64,000 bases of DNA from Hemiscyllium ocellatum. Taxonomy: Eukaryota. Below are positions 50,947-64,000 of the stretch, one piece after another. Below the pieces are notes generated by a model, which ran no database searches, was not told where the DNA came from, and was given only the letters and a program-made list of their open reading frames with translations. The translations under genes and the position numbers were made by a program. Within the stretch, counting starts at the first letter, position 1. Every line of letters begins with the position of its first letter. The stretch covers positions 89,868,484 through 89,932,483 of the forward strand of contig NC_083408.1 in the NCBI RefSeq assembly GCF_020745735.1, read 5' to 3'.

Positions 50947-52493
50947 GTGAGTATTCGAGTTGTTAAAACTGACAAAGCAATGATTGGGATTGCTTTTTTA
51001 TTATGATTGCTTTCTGAAGATATAATATGGGACATTTTGTAGACAATATGTTGGTGATCTTTCAGCAGACAGTGAAAATTTCATAATTGTATGGACCTTT
51101 GGCCTTACATTAATCCAAAAGAATAAACACATCTAAAATTAATGTACAAAACATACAAAATATACCCTGTCATTGCTTTTGTGCCTCAGTTAGCGGTTTA
51201 GCATTTTTCACCTTATACCAAGGCTCAGAGAATTAAGGAAGATTGCAGTCTGGTTTTGCAGCTCTTATTCTTGGATGAAGACCACATTACTGTTATCCAT
51301 GGTCTATTGTGCTATAGACAAAGTGGATGGCACAGAATTTACACAGTTCTGAGACTAAATGCATTGCAGGAAGAAAGATCTACTAGTTAAAACAACACTG
51401 AGCAACTATAAACTAAAACTTTTGTTTTCTAATGATACTTTAAAATATTGTATTTTTATTTCTAATTTTTTGAAATAGTAATTTTTTTGAATCACATTTA
51501 AAGAATTATGTTGTAGAGTTCTGATTTAATATGGCTACAATTTATAGCCAGCTTTGACTTCAAGATATTAGACCTTTAATAGGTCATAATTGTCCTTGAT
51601 AACTTGGATTGCAAATCTTTTGTAAAGTTTTGATGTGGCATACTCCTCTTTATTAACTTAAATGTTCAATTGAATGTGACTCAGAAAGTAAGGATCAAAC
51701 TTTGAATGTATAACTAAATAGATGTCAAATTTTTTGAATACTTGGCTGAACATTGCGTTGCAAAAATAAAATATGAATGGGAAACATCCAAATGCTTCAT
51801 CAAATCCATTATTTTCGCAGCCTGTATCTCAGTTAATCACCTTCAGGGCAAATTCTACAGTTGTTTCCTGTTCCCACATTAGCCAGGTGAAATTTCAATC
51901 ATTCACCAAATACACCTCCATTATTGAGACCTGACTGTTCCATAATCTTTGCATGATTCCAAAGGAACTAAAACTGTCCATTATACATTTTAAAATTTGA
52001 AGTGGCCTCAGTTCCAAAGCTAATACGCACTAAGTTATGCTGTCACTAATGAGATGTTGTGATATTTTGAAGACATTGTGGTGTCAGCTACATGCTATTA
52101 CTTTTTGTATAACAAGAAATACTTTCAAAATGGTTCTTTGTATAGTGTGCAGGTTTTTTTTCTAATCATTGTAAAATATAGACAAGAGCGCTTTGATTCA
52201 AAATCAGACTGTATAGGGTTAACAAAGTAACAAAATATGAGCATTACATGTTTAAAGTATATTTAAATTTCACCATTTGAACAAAAATTCACTGTGTTAT
52301 TTCAATGTTAGTTTAACCTGCAGTGACTATAGGACATTATTTATTTGGTACTAAATTAATAGATTATAAAAGCAAGATGTTGCAGACACTGGAAATCTTA
52401 AGTAAAACATGAAATGCTGGAATTAATGAAATTGAATTATTTCTCTCAGGTGTGGAATAAACTAATAGTTGTCCTTGATTTTTTTTCCTGTAG

Positions 52494-52694
52494 GCGAGAT
52501 GTTGACTCCAGTGATGAGAGTGATGTTGAAGAAGACATGGACCAACCTTTGGCTGGAAAAACCAAACATGATCTCATGATGAAAAGTGAGAGCAGTCGCA
52601 AAGGAAGCTTTTTCAAACAGGCTAAAAAATCATACCCCATGTTTCCAGCGACAGAGGAAAGAATGAAGTGGGATGAATATGGAGAAATAATAAG
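52494..52694 (+). CDS. CPSF2: CPSF2 coding exon 9 ([14 protein letters not shown]...[20 protein letters not shown])
   Basis: ttttcctgtag|G CGA.. AG|GTATCT; 201 nt. Confidence 0.96.
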
Positions 52695-53367
52695 GTATCT
52701 TGAATAAATCTAACCTAAAATGGCTATACTATTCATAAAAAAATCTTTTGGCAAACTTTAGTTCAAAATGTGAAAGCCATTTAATATGAGGTGTCTGTAA
52801 ATAAATCAAGATGCCTTATGAATGTGATATTCCTAATTTCTTGTGCAAAACGCTTATAGTTATTTGGTGCAATTTGTGTATAGATATATCCTGAGATTCT
52901 TGTACAAAAATACAATATAGAAATTTGAAATGAAAACAGAAAATGCTGGAAATACTAAGCAGCATGCACCACCTGTTGAGAGAGAAACAATTCATGCTTC
53001 AGGTCAAAATCCCTTTATCAGTCTATTAGACTAATTCTGTTTCTCCCTCCTGACTTGCTGAGTTACATTTCTGTCAGTTGCAAAGTTAAATTTCACATTT
53101 TCTGTTTGCTTTATCCTGCAGTACATATTTGTTTCTTCGAATATGAATAATTTGTTTTAATCTCTCAGTGACGTCAGTGAGCTTGTAGATTTTTACAATA
53201 ATTTGATAGTTTCTAGTCACTTCTGCCAGTACCTTTTTATTTCTAGAGTTTTTACAACTGATTTCAATTTCTCAAACTTCAGTGGTTGCATTTGAAATTT
53301 TATTCTCTGGATTATTAATTCAGTGATATAAATGTAACACAACTGTACCTATACTATTAGCAGAAAA

Positions 53368-53757
53368 TCCAGAAAGCCAGATGGTAAAAGATAGAACCGG
53401 AGCCAATTATTCACAGATGTACACACTGTAGACCACAGATGTACACACTGTAGACCACAGATGTACACACTTACTCACCCAATTACTCATTTCAATCAGT
53501 TCCTTGAGGAACAATACTTGAGGCAAGTGACACGAATGTATGTGAGTGAGGTCATGTTATTTGGGGACACAATGGTAATTGTATATTCATTGCATCTAAT
53601 TATATTCTAGATGTTAGGAATAAACTGGGAATTCACTTGTGCCTTTTAAAAAGGAACAGATTGAAATGGATTGTTGGGTGAATAGGTGCAGGTTTATAAT
53701 GTCTGCATTTGTGAATAATTGGCTCCAGTACTATCTTTTACCATCTGGGCCTCTGGA
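53368..53757. repeat. ~390-bp imperfect fold-back (MITE-like) containing a 22-bp tandem repeat
   Basis: 53368-53530 is the reverse complement of 53633-53757; (CACAGATGTACACACTGTAGAC)x2.7 at 53412-53471. Confidence 0.85.
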
Positions 53758-54119
53758 ATATAACATACAGGAAATAGTTTGTTGATACATTTGAAGCAGA
53801 TGAAAATTCAGTGAGAAAGTGTGTGTCATTGTGATTAACTTTAATTGCTCCGGCAAAACAAAATGTCATAAATGGATTGAATGGCCTCCTCATGTGCAAT
53901 CATTGCATGGAAAATGACTGAGTTAATGAAATTACTGTAGAACGAGTTTGGGTAACTACAATATAGTCACACAATCCTTATAACAAAAAAAAGCTTTTAC
54001 TGAACCGTTATACTGCAGCTCTTTGTCCACAGTATTCCCTTGCCAGCTCTTATTTTAATGCATTGTGTCAGTCTTAACCACATGATGGCGCTATATGCTA
54101 GTTTGCTATATCATGATTA

Positions 54120-54609
54120 AGCTGAAAAATGTGTTGCTGGAAAAGCGCAGCAGATAAGACAGCATCTAAGGAGTAGGAGAATCGACGTTTTGGGCATAAG
54201 CCTCTCTTCAGGAATGAGGAAGGTGTGCCAAGCAGGCTAAGATGAAAGGTAGGGAGGAGGGACTTGGGGGAGGGGTGTTGGGAATGCGATAGGTGGAAGG
54301 GTCCAACTCTCGGACTCAGCACCACCTTCTTGACCGGCAATCTACTTCCCGACCTCTCCGCCCCACCCTCTCTCCGGCCTATCATCCTCACCTTAACCTC
54401 CTTCCACCTCCCAACGCCCCTCCCCCAAGTTCCTCCTCCATACCTTTTATCTTAGCCTGCTTGGCACACCTTCCTCATTCCTGAAGAAGGGCTTATGCCC
54501 GAAACTTCGATTCTCCTGCTCCTTGGATGCTACCTGACCTGCTGCGCTTTTCCAGCAACACATTTTCAACTCTGATCTCCAGCATCTGCAGTCCTCACTT
54601 TCTCCTCCC
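54120..54609 (+). mobile_element. PLE-derived family A element, long form, 14-bp TSD
   Basis: Arms 54120-54280 / 54415-54570; TSD tgctatatcatgat at 54104-54117 and 54610-54623; hammerhead-like CTGAAGA-A-GGGC-TTAT-GCCC-GAA-ACTT-C at 54481-54508. Confidence 0.88.
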
Positions 54610-56057
54610 TGCTATATCATGATGGCAATTCATTCATAAGTTTATTACCTACAGCATACTTTCATGTACATACTATTTGGAGAATTCTGAGAGTATACAT
54701 TATTCCTGAAATGCAGAATGTTAAAAGTGCTATCAATTCCAAAGATTTTGATGATGGCTAAATTAACCATTTAAGTAAATACAGTTGGACCCACACCTCA
54801 CTTTCCAGTGGTTCACTAAATGATGTTGATTTTAATTTTTGGAAATTTACATAGTAATTTTAGTGTAACATACCGTTATTTAATTTCTTAAACTATGTCT
54901 TTTTAGGAAACTGTATTTCCAGATAATTCAAAACCCAGACACTTAAGTAGTCAATAAGTATGCAGTGCTGGATTTCCTTAATCTTTCAGGCAAATTTTCA
55001 GTGCTGTGTCACAGAATTCGCTGTAAATGTTGTGATATTATTGACTTACTTTCCTTCCACTTAATTCTGAACATGAATCAGCTGCTGAGCATATATCATA
55101 TTCATCCATGTCACGATTTGTGCCTTGGATGACAAATATTCGTGTCACATAAAATCAATTTGAGTAGTTGTTTCCTGGGCTAATGTGACTGTGATAAACT
55201 CTAGGTTTAACAGACGTGGACAGCTTCAACAATGCAAAAATCTTAGGGTAGTTGATTTGGTTTGAACACAAAAATAAGGCTTTGTCATGGATATTCAAGT
55301 TATGTGAGATATCTGTGTGTAATTGTTCTGGTATTATTTTAAATACAATATATGTAATCTACTTGTGTAGAGACCAATGATGCTGGGGCATTGTGGTATT
55401 CATTTTTATCTGTTAGATTTCTCAAAATCATTTTACTATTACTATTACTATCTATAATGAATTTCTAGTTATGCTTTACTATTAATGTTTGGCTGGTTCA
55501 TTCTTACATTTGTCTTTCTCAGACATCAGTCAGTAAAGAAAAAGAATTAGGAATTGGATTTGTGACCTGCAAAGTATGTCCTCATTCTATAACGTTATCT
55601 TGCTTCCTGTCATTTTATTAATGCTCCGTGCTATTCAGTTTTTAAATTCATTTTTAACATACTCACTTACAGCACAAAACTCTTAACAAGTGGAATTACA
55701 TTCAAACTGCTAAATATATTCAAGATGTTCTGCTTTATGTTGCAAAATGTTAGCTTTCTTGCTTGCTGTCAGCACAGCAATTGTTAGTTCAATAAATGTA
55801 GACAGTTTGAAAACCCTTGAACATTCAAAGTGAACCTTTAATATTCAACATCCTGTGGACCTTCAGTTTTTCAACAAAAGCTATTTGAATATACTTCATA
55901 AAACAAGCTATTATTTTCTGGTAAATGTACAAAATCATCAATAGAATTATAACTAGTGCATTGTTTTAAGCAAACTTTGGTTGGCTTTTCCCTAGTCTGA
56001 GTTTTTACTGTTATGCCATTACTGAAGTTGGGAGCGGAATTATGATGCTTCTGCATT

Positions 56058-57035
56058 CAGAACATATAGAACAGTACAGCACAGCGCAGGCCCTTCGGCC
56101 CTTGGTATTGTGCTCACCTTCTATCCTACTCTAAAGTCAAACTAATCTACATACCCTTCATTTTACCATCATCCATGTGCCTATCCAAGCGTCACTTAAA
56201 TGCTCCTAATGTATCTGACTCTACTACCACTGCTGGCAATGCATTCCACACATCCACCACTCTTGTGTAAAGAATTAACCTCTGACATCTCCCCTAAACC
56301 TTCCTGCAATCACCTTAAATTTATGCCCACTTGAGAAAGCCATTTCTGCTCTGGGAAAAAGTCTCTGACTATTCACCCTGTATCTCTCATCATCTTGTAC
56401 ACCTCTATCAAGTCATCGGTCATCCTTCTTCGCTCCAATGAGAAAAGCATTAGCTCCTTCAACGTTTCTTCATAAAGATGACCTTCAGTCCAGGCAGCAT
56501 CCTGGTAAATCTCCTCTGCACCCTTTCTAAAGCTTCCACATCGTTCCTATAATGATGCAACCAGAACTGAACACAATATTCCAAGTGCAGTCTAATTGGG
56601 GCTCTATAGAGCTGCAGCCTAACCTTGTGGCTCTGAAACTCAATCCCCCTCCTCATGAAAGCCAACACACCATACACCTTATTAACAATCCTATTAAATT
56701 GGGTGGCAATTTTGAGGGATCTATGGACATGGACCCGAAGATCCCCTCTGTACCTCCACACTGCCAACAATCCTGCCTTTAATCCTGAATTCTGTATTCA
56801 AATCTGACCTTCTAAAATGAATCACATCACATTTTTCCAGATTGAACTCCATCTGCCACTTATCAGCCCTGTTCTGCATTCTGCCAATGTCCCATTGCAA
56901 CCTACAATAGCCCTTCACACAATCCACCATTCCATCAACCTTTATGTTATCGTCAAACGTACTAACCCACCCTTCCGTTTCCTTATCAAGTCATTTATAA
57001 AAATCACAAAGAGCAGAGGACTCAGAACAGATCCC
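56058..57035 (-). mobile_element. 5'-truncated CR1 LINE (subfamily of 41925-44924, more decayed)
   Basis: KWQMEFNLEKCDVIHF, LERVQRRFTRMLPG; same gggccgaagggcctg..ctgtgctgtactgttctat tail. Confidence 0.9.
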
Positions 57036-57702
57036 TGATGTAGAATCCCCTCACTTTCATACAATATGTCCTTCCTCAAATCCTAACAATGCTCCTATTC
57101 ATTCTTGCAAATTACTGTTCCATCTCCAAACTCCTTTTGCAATCCAAACTCTAAGAATATGTGCCCATTTGAGTCCTGCTGTTGCAACTGAAACAACAAA
57201 GGCACAGAATACACTCTCTGTGATTGTGAGTGAGTATTTTGTCTCTCCCTCCTCCTGGACCCATGTGCAACCCTTGGGATAGTCACCTTCTCTAGCTTCC
57301 TCCAAACATTTTGATCAAGATTTTCGTAAACCTTATTAATATTTCATTTGTCCTTTTACATGTGATTGTATTTCACTTTTCTATAGTAGCATCTTGGCCA
57401 ATCAGTGTTGACTTGCCAACCAATTAGCAACTTTTCTCTTGTAGTAGAAGTTGGTGCAATTATTTGAAATGGCATACTTGTACTGATGGAAAATGAGAAA
57501 ATTCAATAAAGGTCTTTTCAGCAATATTCAAGTACCAAGTGACTATATTTCTTGTTGTAGACAATTATTTTCTGTTCCTGTCACAGACTTATTTTAAACC
57601 AAAACATTTCAGTGTTGCACCTGTAAAAACCAATGTGGAACCCAAACTTGAGCTACCTTCACTTGTGCTTCCTTGTTGTTTATTGCTGATCCTTTATTTT
57701 AG

Positions 57703-57855
57703 AGCTGAGGATTTCTTGGTTCCAGAACTTCAAGCAGCAGAAGAAGAGAAGAGCAAACTCGATTCTGGTCTGAGTAATGGCGAGGAGCCTATGGATCAGG
57801 ATTTATCTGATGTTCCAACAAAGTGTATCTCAGCTTTAGAAACCATAGAAATCAG
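57703..57855 (+). CDS. CPSF2: CPSF2 coding exon 10 ([50 protein letters not shown])
   Basis: tattttag|A GCT.. AG|GTTAGT; 153 nt. Confidence 0.96.
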
Positions 57856-57906
57856 GTTAGTAGGGTTGATTTTTAATGTTTGAGCTGATAAACCTTGCAT
57901 ACATAA

Positions 57907-58233
<327 letters not shown>

Positions 58234-58647
58234 TAGCTATTCAGATTTCTGCTGTTAACCTAATTTAAAATTAATATGTTGGCAGGATAATGAATTCTCA
58301 AAATTGACACTTTTAAGTTAGCTGCTGGATTCCCTCCCTACTTTAAAAGTTTAACAAAAGATGGGCTGATAGGCACTTGGCAGTACTGAATGGGTTCTGC
58401 ATTGGGTGCAACATTAAACCAAGTTCCTGTTAACTTGTGTAGGTGAGAGGAATAGATCCTAAGATTTTACTCAAAGCAGAACAGTCCATTCTCCCAGGTT
58501 TTTGTCTATCATTTATCTTTTGGCCTCACACTACCAAAAACTACTAACTAAGTTCATTTTTTACTGTTTGAGCATTCATGTAATTTGACTTTCATACTTG
58601 CTTACACAACTCATTTTTAAAGTGAAGTTACTGTCCTTATTTGGCTA

Positions 58648-59718
58648 AGATCAGATTTCACACAGCAGCAGGTTTATTTGAAATCACAAGCTTTGGAATG
58701 CTGCTCCTTTGTCAGGTGGAGTTAAGAGAAGCACACAGGCACAGAATTTTAGAAGTAGAGATCAAAATATCGTACAAATGGTGTGAGTGGAGTGTCAGTT
58801 GGCTAAATAATAGGTTTCTGCAGGTGATCAAAACTACCAGACAGTGTGAGTAACATGTCAAGAGCTGAATAGCAAATGAGGCAGAGTGATAATTATAAAA
58901 AAGTTAAAAAGTAAGGTGGGGCTGGAAACAAACCAAATGGCTGGAATAACATGATAGGTGTAAGATTGGTGTGCCAAGGGTCTAACCAAAGTAACAAGTA
59001 ATTCAAAACTCTACAAATTAATTAAGGTAAAGGGATCACAACAAGTTATCAAGGTGATTGTGTCAAAACAGAACAGTAAGGAAGATTTTACAGATACAGA
59101 AACAGTATGGTGGGGTTACAATTCGTGTTATTCCAGCATTTGGTTTTGTTTCTAGCACCATCTTCTTTTATATTTTTGTAATTATCTCTCTGCCTCAGTT
59201 AATCGGACCATAAGTCCTCCCTTCACTTGCTATTCAGCTGTTGACACTTTACGCACACCGTCTGACACTTTTGATCACCTTTGAGAGTTTGCTGCTGGAA
59301 AAGCACAGCAGGTCAGGCAGCATCTAACGGACAGGAAAATTGAAGTTTCGGGCAGGAGCCCTTCATCAGGAACCTGCTACTGAAGGGCTTCTGCCTGAAA
59401 CTTCGATTTTCCCATTCCTCGGATGCTGCCTGACCTGCTGTGCTTTTCCAGCAACACACTTTCAACTCTGATCTCCAATATCAGCAGTCCTCACTTTTGA
59501 TCACCTGCAGAAAACTGTTATTCAGCCCATTGATACTCCATTGATCTTTTGATCTCTCTGCCTATAAATCATGTGCCTGCTAGTTTCTCTTCATTCCGTC
59601 TGGTGAAAGAATAGTGCTGCGAAAACTTGTGATGTCAAATAAACTTGTTGGATTGTAACCAGGTGTCATGGACTTCTGACCTTGTCCACCCCAGTCCAAC
59701 ACTGCCATCTCCACATCA
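58648..59718 (+). mobile_element. Long, decayed family B PLE-derived fold-back with a nested family A copy (59281-59491)
   Basis: Arms 58650-58940 / 59130-59670; tail accccagtccaacactgccatctccacatcat as at 16817-16849; nested copy flanked by cacttttgatcacct (59266-59280 / 59492-59506). Confidence 0.8.
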
Positions 59719-60616
59719 TTATTTAGCTATGAATTGCTTTTGAAATTTTCAATGAAGCTAAATAAGAACAAGTCCTTTCTTTTCTGTTCATATTTTGTAA
59801 TAAAATTTGGAAGTAACCGTACAATTTCTTGAGTTCACTTGAGTCCAGAACTAGGAAGCAGCAAATCACAACTGTTGCTTTAAAACATTTAGTCAAAGTA
59901 TGTAATTAAGTGATTGTATCTTCATTCTTTTGGAAAGATAATTTGTATATAAGATTCTCTAATAAGGTAGAAATTACCACTAATTTGCAGCTTTGAACAG
60001 CAACACCCAGCCTTTAATGAATGTTATTTATAAATTTAACATCCTGTTATTGCAGCAGCTTCAATTCTTTGGAACTCTGCCAGAGGCACTAAATATTGCT
60101 ACAAATTAATTTTATGTGAAACCTAAGTTTGATGTTTTCCAAAGAAAATTATGACAACACACGTATTAAGCTGCTTAGCAGTTGAAAAATTAAAGCATTG
60201 AGATTGTTAGCACTGAATTTACAATTTTAATCTTTGACTAAATCTGTTAAAGTGAAGGACGCAAAAACCATAGCTGAAAGCTCAAAGTTATCAGTGAAAC
60301 AAATGTTTTGTTGCTCAGTATTTTTACATGTTATAAACAATTTTCTTAAATTAACAATGGGAAAAACATTCAAAAGTACACCAGAAATTATCTTTGGAAG
60401 AACTAAAGAAGTTCTTTTAATTGTGTTATTTTTCAATTGTATTTCAAAAGAGTTTTAATCCATTCTAAATTTGAAAATGTTATATTCTGGATCAAAGTAT
60501 TATAGTTTCCATTACTTCCTGATAAAATTACAGCATTTATTCCTGTACAGAGATGATGGGCTGAATGGCTGTATTATTCTATGATTTCGTAATATTTGGA
60601 TATTTCATTTTCACAG

Positions 60617-60925
60617 GTTAGACTAAAGGATTCTTTAGTCAGCTCTCTCCAGTTCTGTAAAGCAAAGGATGCAGAGTTAGCTTGGATAGATGGTGTCTTG
60701 GATATGAGGGTTTCAAAGGTAGATACAGGGGTCATTCTGGAAGAAGGTGAGTTAAGAGAGGATGAAGAAGGAGAAATGCAGGTTGATGCTCCCTCATCTA
60801 CACATAACTCTGACCAAGTTGCAGCTCAGCAAAAAGCTATGAAGAGCCTTTTTGATGATGATGAAAAAGAGACCAATGAAGATCTTGATGTAATTCCCAC
60901 ACTGGAACCATTGTCACCAAATGAG
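60617..60925 (+). CDS. CPSF2: CPSF2 coding exon 12 ([26 protein letters not shown]...[11 protein letters not shown]); the gene continues beyond the window
   Basis: ttcacag|GTT AGA.. GAG|GTATGG; 309 nt; no stop codon reached. Confidence 0.97.
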
Positions 60926-60954
60926 GTATGGAAATTCAATTAAGAGACTTATTT

Positions 60955-61170
60955 TTCATTTGTTTATACGATGTTTGGTGTCGCTGGCAAAGTAAGCATT
61001 GAGATTGTGGTGATGAGCAGCTACCTTGAACTGCTGCAGCCATTGTGTGAAGGTATTCCTACAGTGCTGTAGATAGAGTGTTCCAATATTTTGGCCCATC
61101 TGCAAGGAAGGAGCAGCATTATTTCCAAATCTGAATGATGTCTGACTTACAGGGGAGTTTGCAGGGATCG
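60955..61170 (-). mobile_element. Old LINE/SINE 3'-end remnant
   Basis: ttgagattgtggtgatgagcagctaccttgaactgctgcagcc is homologous to 12750-12900. Confidence 0.5.
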
Positions 61171-64000
61171 ATTTTATCATGTACATTCTAGAGATTGTGG
61201 GTTTAAGAGGTGCATTATTGATCATAGTTTTACTGGAGATCAGACCATAATCAGTTTGACTTTGCATTGTGATTTGTTGAACTTTTATAAAGTTAATGAG
61301 TCTTTAAGTAAAAAACAAGATTTTTTAAATGTGAAATGTATATTGACATTTAAGTGCCATAGTTCAATTATTTATCCAGCTTCTGTATTAAGATATAGCT
61401 TGCAATATTATTACTCTGGATTTCAAAATATGTTCTAGCTTTCTCTTGCACAGACCATGTGAAATTATTTATCAGTCAAAGGTCTAGCAACAGGAACATT
61501 TCATAATCATGGGTCTGAAGATGTATAACTTAAAGTAAATTTATATTTCGAACATACACATCCATGGTTCATTTAACTTTAGAAATCTCAACTTCATTTT
61601 GGATCAAAATTAAAGTTTTACTTGACTCCTGGAAGCCAGTAATTAGTATGAAATAACTAGGGTTTATTTGATTCTTTATATATGTTTTATAAAAAAGGAA
61701 CGGGGCAGAACAGATTTAGAAACACACTTCAATTGTCTCACTTGAAAGAGAAAACCTTGTACAGTTAAGTGTCAAGACATGTTAATGTTAGAAAGAGTTG
61801 ATGTTGAGGACATCTTGTTGATGGCCTTTCTAAGTTTTTCTCCTCTTCAATGTAAGTTGAGTTGAGTGACCAGAAACAATAGATTAAAGCTTGTAAACAA
61901 AATAACTGAAATTTAACAGTTGGTAATATGACTAAAATTTAGATTTAATTAAATTACAAATGGAATTAATATTCTGCCTTTGCCCTTGTCAGAAGCTATA
62001 ACTTTGTATAAAAACAAATTGGTTCTTTTCTAGAGAAATGCATACTGTCAGAAAAGCCAATGCATTGATTTATTTCATTGTCCACTCTTCAAAATGGAAA
62101 ATGGCTCATGAATTAGATAGACTCAGGGGGCACTACACATCCTGCCTAGTTGTTCTAGATTGCCTAGCCATCCCCTGTTCCTTGTCTACCAGTCTTGTCT
62201 TAAACTGTGATGTGTTCATTGTGGAGAGATGAGAGATACAAAGAGGAGTCTCCAGTTCTGTGTTCAGCAATACAAGTGATCTTTTACCACACGTGCGAGA
62301 AGCCAGAGACCACTCCGAATCTGGCTTTCATGTGGGGTCCAGTTGCCCTCTTAATCACTGCTCAGATTGGAAGAGAGTTCAGTGACACTTTGGCTTCCCT
62401 AGCCAAATACATAATTTTTATACATTTTGCATTACAATAATTACATGCAACATTGATGTCATTGTTCCATTCCCCTTAATCCTTTCACAGGATTGCATCT
62501 AATTCTGTAAAACACCCGACCAATGATGGACACCCCTGTGGATGCTCCCTGTATGATCTCATGATGTTTACCAGACATCGTTAACATCTGGCCTTGGGAT
62601 CTTACAGCGTATCCCATTAATTTACATTCCAATGTTAATGGGGGTTCTTTTTTCAGACATTTACCAGACCTGTTTATTTCTGAGGATTGTTTGAATTTTG
62701 GTATTCATTATATTCCTTGCTGTCTTTATCAAATTCTCTTACCCATCTTATTATTTCTTACTACTTTAATCACAGGCGATACAAAATGATGCTAATTCTT
62801 ATTAATTGCTATCAAATTTATATAAGTTCTAATAGAAGATTAATTATGTACGGAGTTATATGGTTACACCTAATGGTAGAACTCTTAAGCCTATGAGTTC
62901 AGCAGCTTCTTTCCTACCTGACCTAAACTCTGTCCCTCCATCTTGCAGCTGCAACTATAACTCGTTCTAGTCACATGATGTCTTCTAAATTAAATTTACT
63001 GACCCGACTCTAAATATTTCTCCACTAACTCATTCACTCAATAAGACAACAACTATTCCATTAATAAGACAAACTCAATTACTTTCACAGCTCAGTGAAC
63101 TTGTCTGAACTCCTAGGGTTTTACAAGACATAATGTCATTTTTCTTTTACCTTACCATTTGTCTCTGTTATTGTGGGATCATACTTTTAAAAAAATTCTT
63201 GCTAAACTACAAACTTTGGGCTGTCTTCTCAGACTGTCTTTAACAGACACCTGCAACTGTGGGTTTATGCAGAACTCCTTTTATATAAATTTGTAAGATC
63301 CTTTGTCCAGCCTGGACCCTGTTACCTGGAATTTATCTGCTTCTCCAAACTACCATTGTCCTAAATTATGATCTCACTTCATTTCTGCACACAGCAAGCT
63401 AATTCTGTTCCTGCAGTTAAAAATCTTCTCCACCATATTTATGCCAAGTAAATGCCAGTGGGCAGCCATCTTGTGCAACCTCTGGCCATCGGCTAACCCA
63501 ACAGTGACTATTTTGTTAAATGTGTTATCCATGTAGTTCTCAGCTTTGCAGATGTATCACATTGATTCCAGCCATCGCTACGGATCCAAAATCTCACTCT
63601 CAATTTTTTCACAGCTGGAGACATAGACACATGCGATGATTTAGGCCACATGAAGTATCAACCACACATGACATAGAATGGGCATTGAATGCAGTAAAAC
63701 TGTCTTCCCTACTTTCAGGCTAATTACAATTTTCTTCCCTTCTTCAGTTTAAAGTAAAATTACTCATCAATCAACTCCAATAAATCTGTCTCTGTTTCTA
63801 ACTGCTTGTCTGGGATCCTTTTCTTGACATATCTGTTGGTGATGTTGATTCCCAGTCCCAGTTTCTCCTCTCACCAGTTTTGCTAGGTGCTGCAGATTGT
63901 CTGTCTTAGGGTCCATCTCTCATCAATAAACTGCTTGCAAATGTTCAGTTTGAGCCCTGCCAGAACTTTTTGACTCTGAATTTCATCAACCTATTCCATA

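Noticed and set aside
52441-52493. Upstream AG (ttctctcag, 52449) as an alternative CPSF2 acceptor
   Set aside because: It would add 44 nt and shift the frame; the 52494 acceptor has the better pyrimidine tract and the correct phase
62450-63760. Possible very old minus-strand CR1 ORF1 remnant, or the last CPSF2 exons
   Set aside because: No CPSF2 C-terminal frame was found; the LINE resemblance is too weak to set boundaries by eye

Overview
Eukaryotic, intron-rich vertebrate DNA, inferred to be from a shark (an HE1-type V-SINE and CR1/HER1-like LINEs are present). Three genes can be built by hand from splice sites. (1) The first coding exon of ATXN3 (- strand, 11421-11444, MEAIFHEK) with its CpG-island promoter. 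(2) The complete NDUFB1 coding sequence (- strand, 2 coding exons, 57 aa). (3) Twelve consecutive coding exons of CPSF2/CPSF100 (+ strand, 34118-60925; the 3' end lies beyond the window). NDUFB1 and CPSF2 are head-to-head around a GC-rich bidirectional promoter at about 29.6-30.25 kb, the same ATXN3-NDUFB1-CPSF2 order and orientation as human 14q32. The rest is mostly transposon-derived: many CR1 LINE copies (one with a near-intact ORF2, one with ORF1), an RTE LINE, a decayed hAT transposase, SINEs and Penelope-like element (PLE) remnants. The most notable non-coding signal is a set of at least three families of short, TSD-flanked fold-back PLE-derived insertions. Each carries a minimal hammerhead-ribozyme motif (CUGANGA + 1 extra nt - stem II - GAA - 4-nt palindrome - H - stem I), and some lie in the sense strand of CPSF2 introns. 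Family names for repeats come from motif recognition, not database searches.
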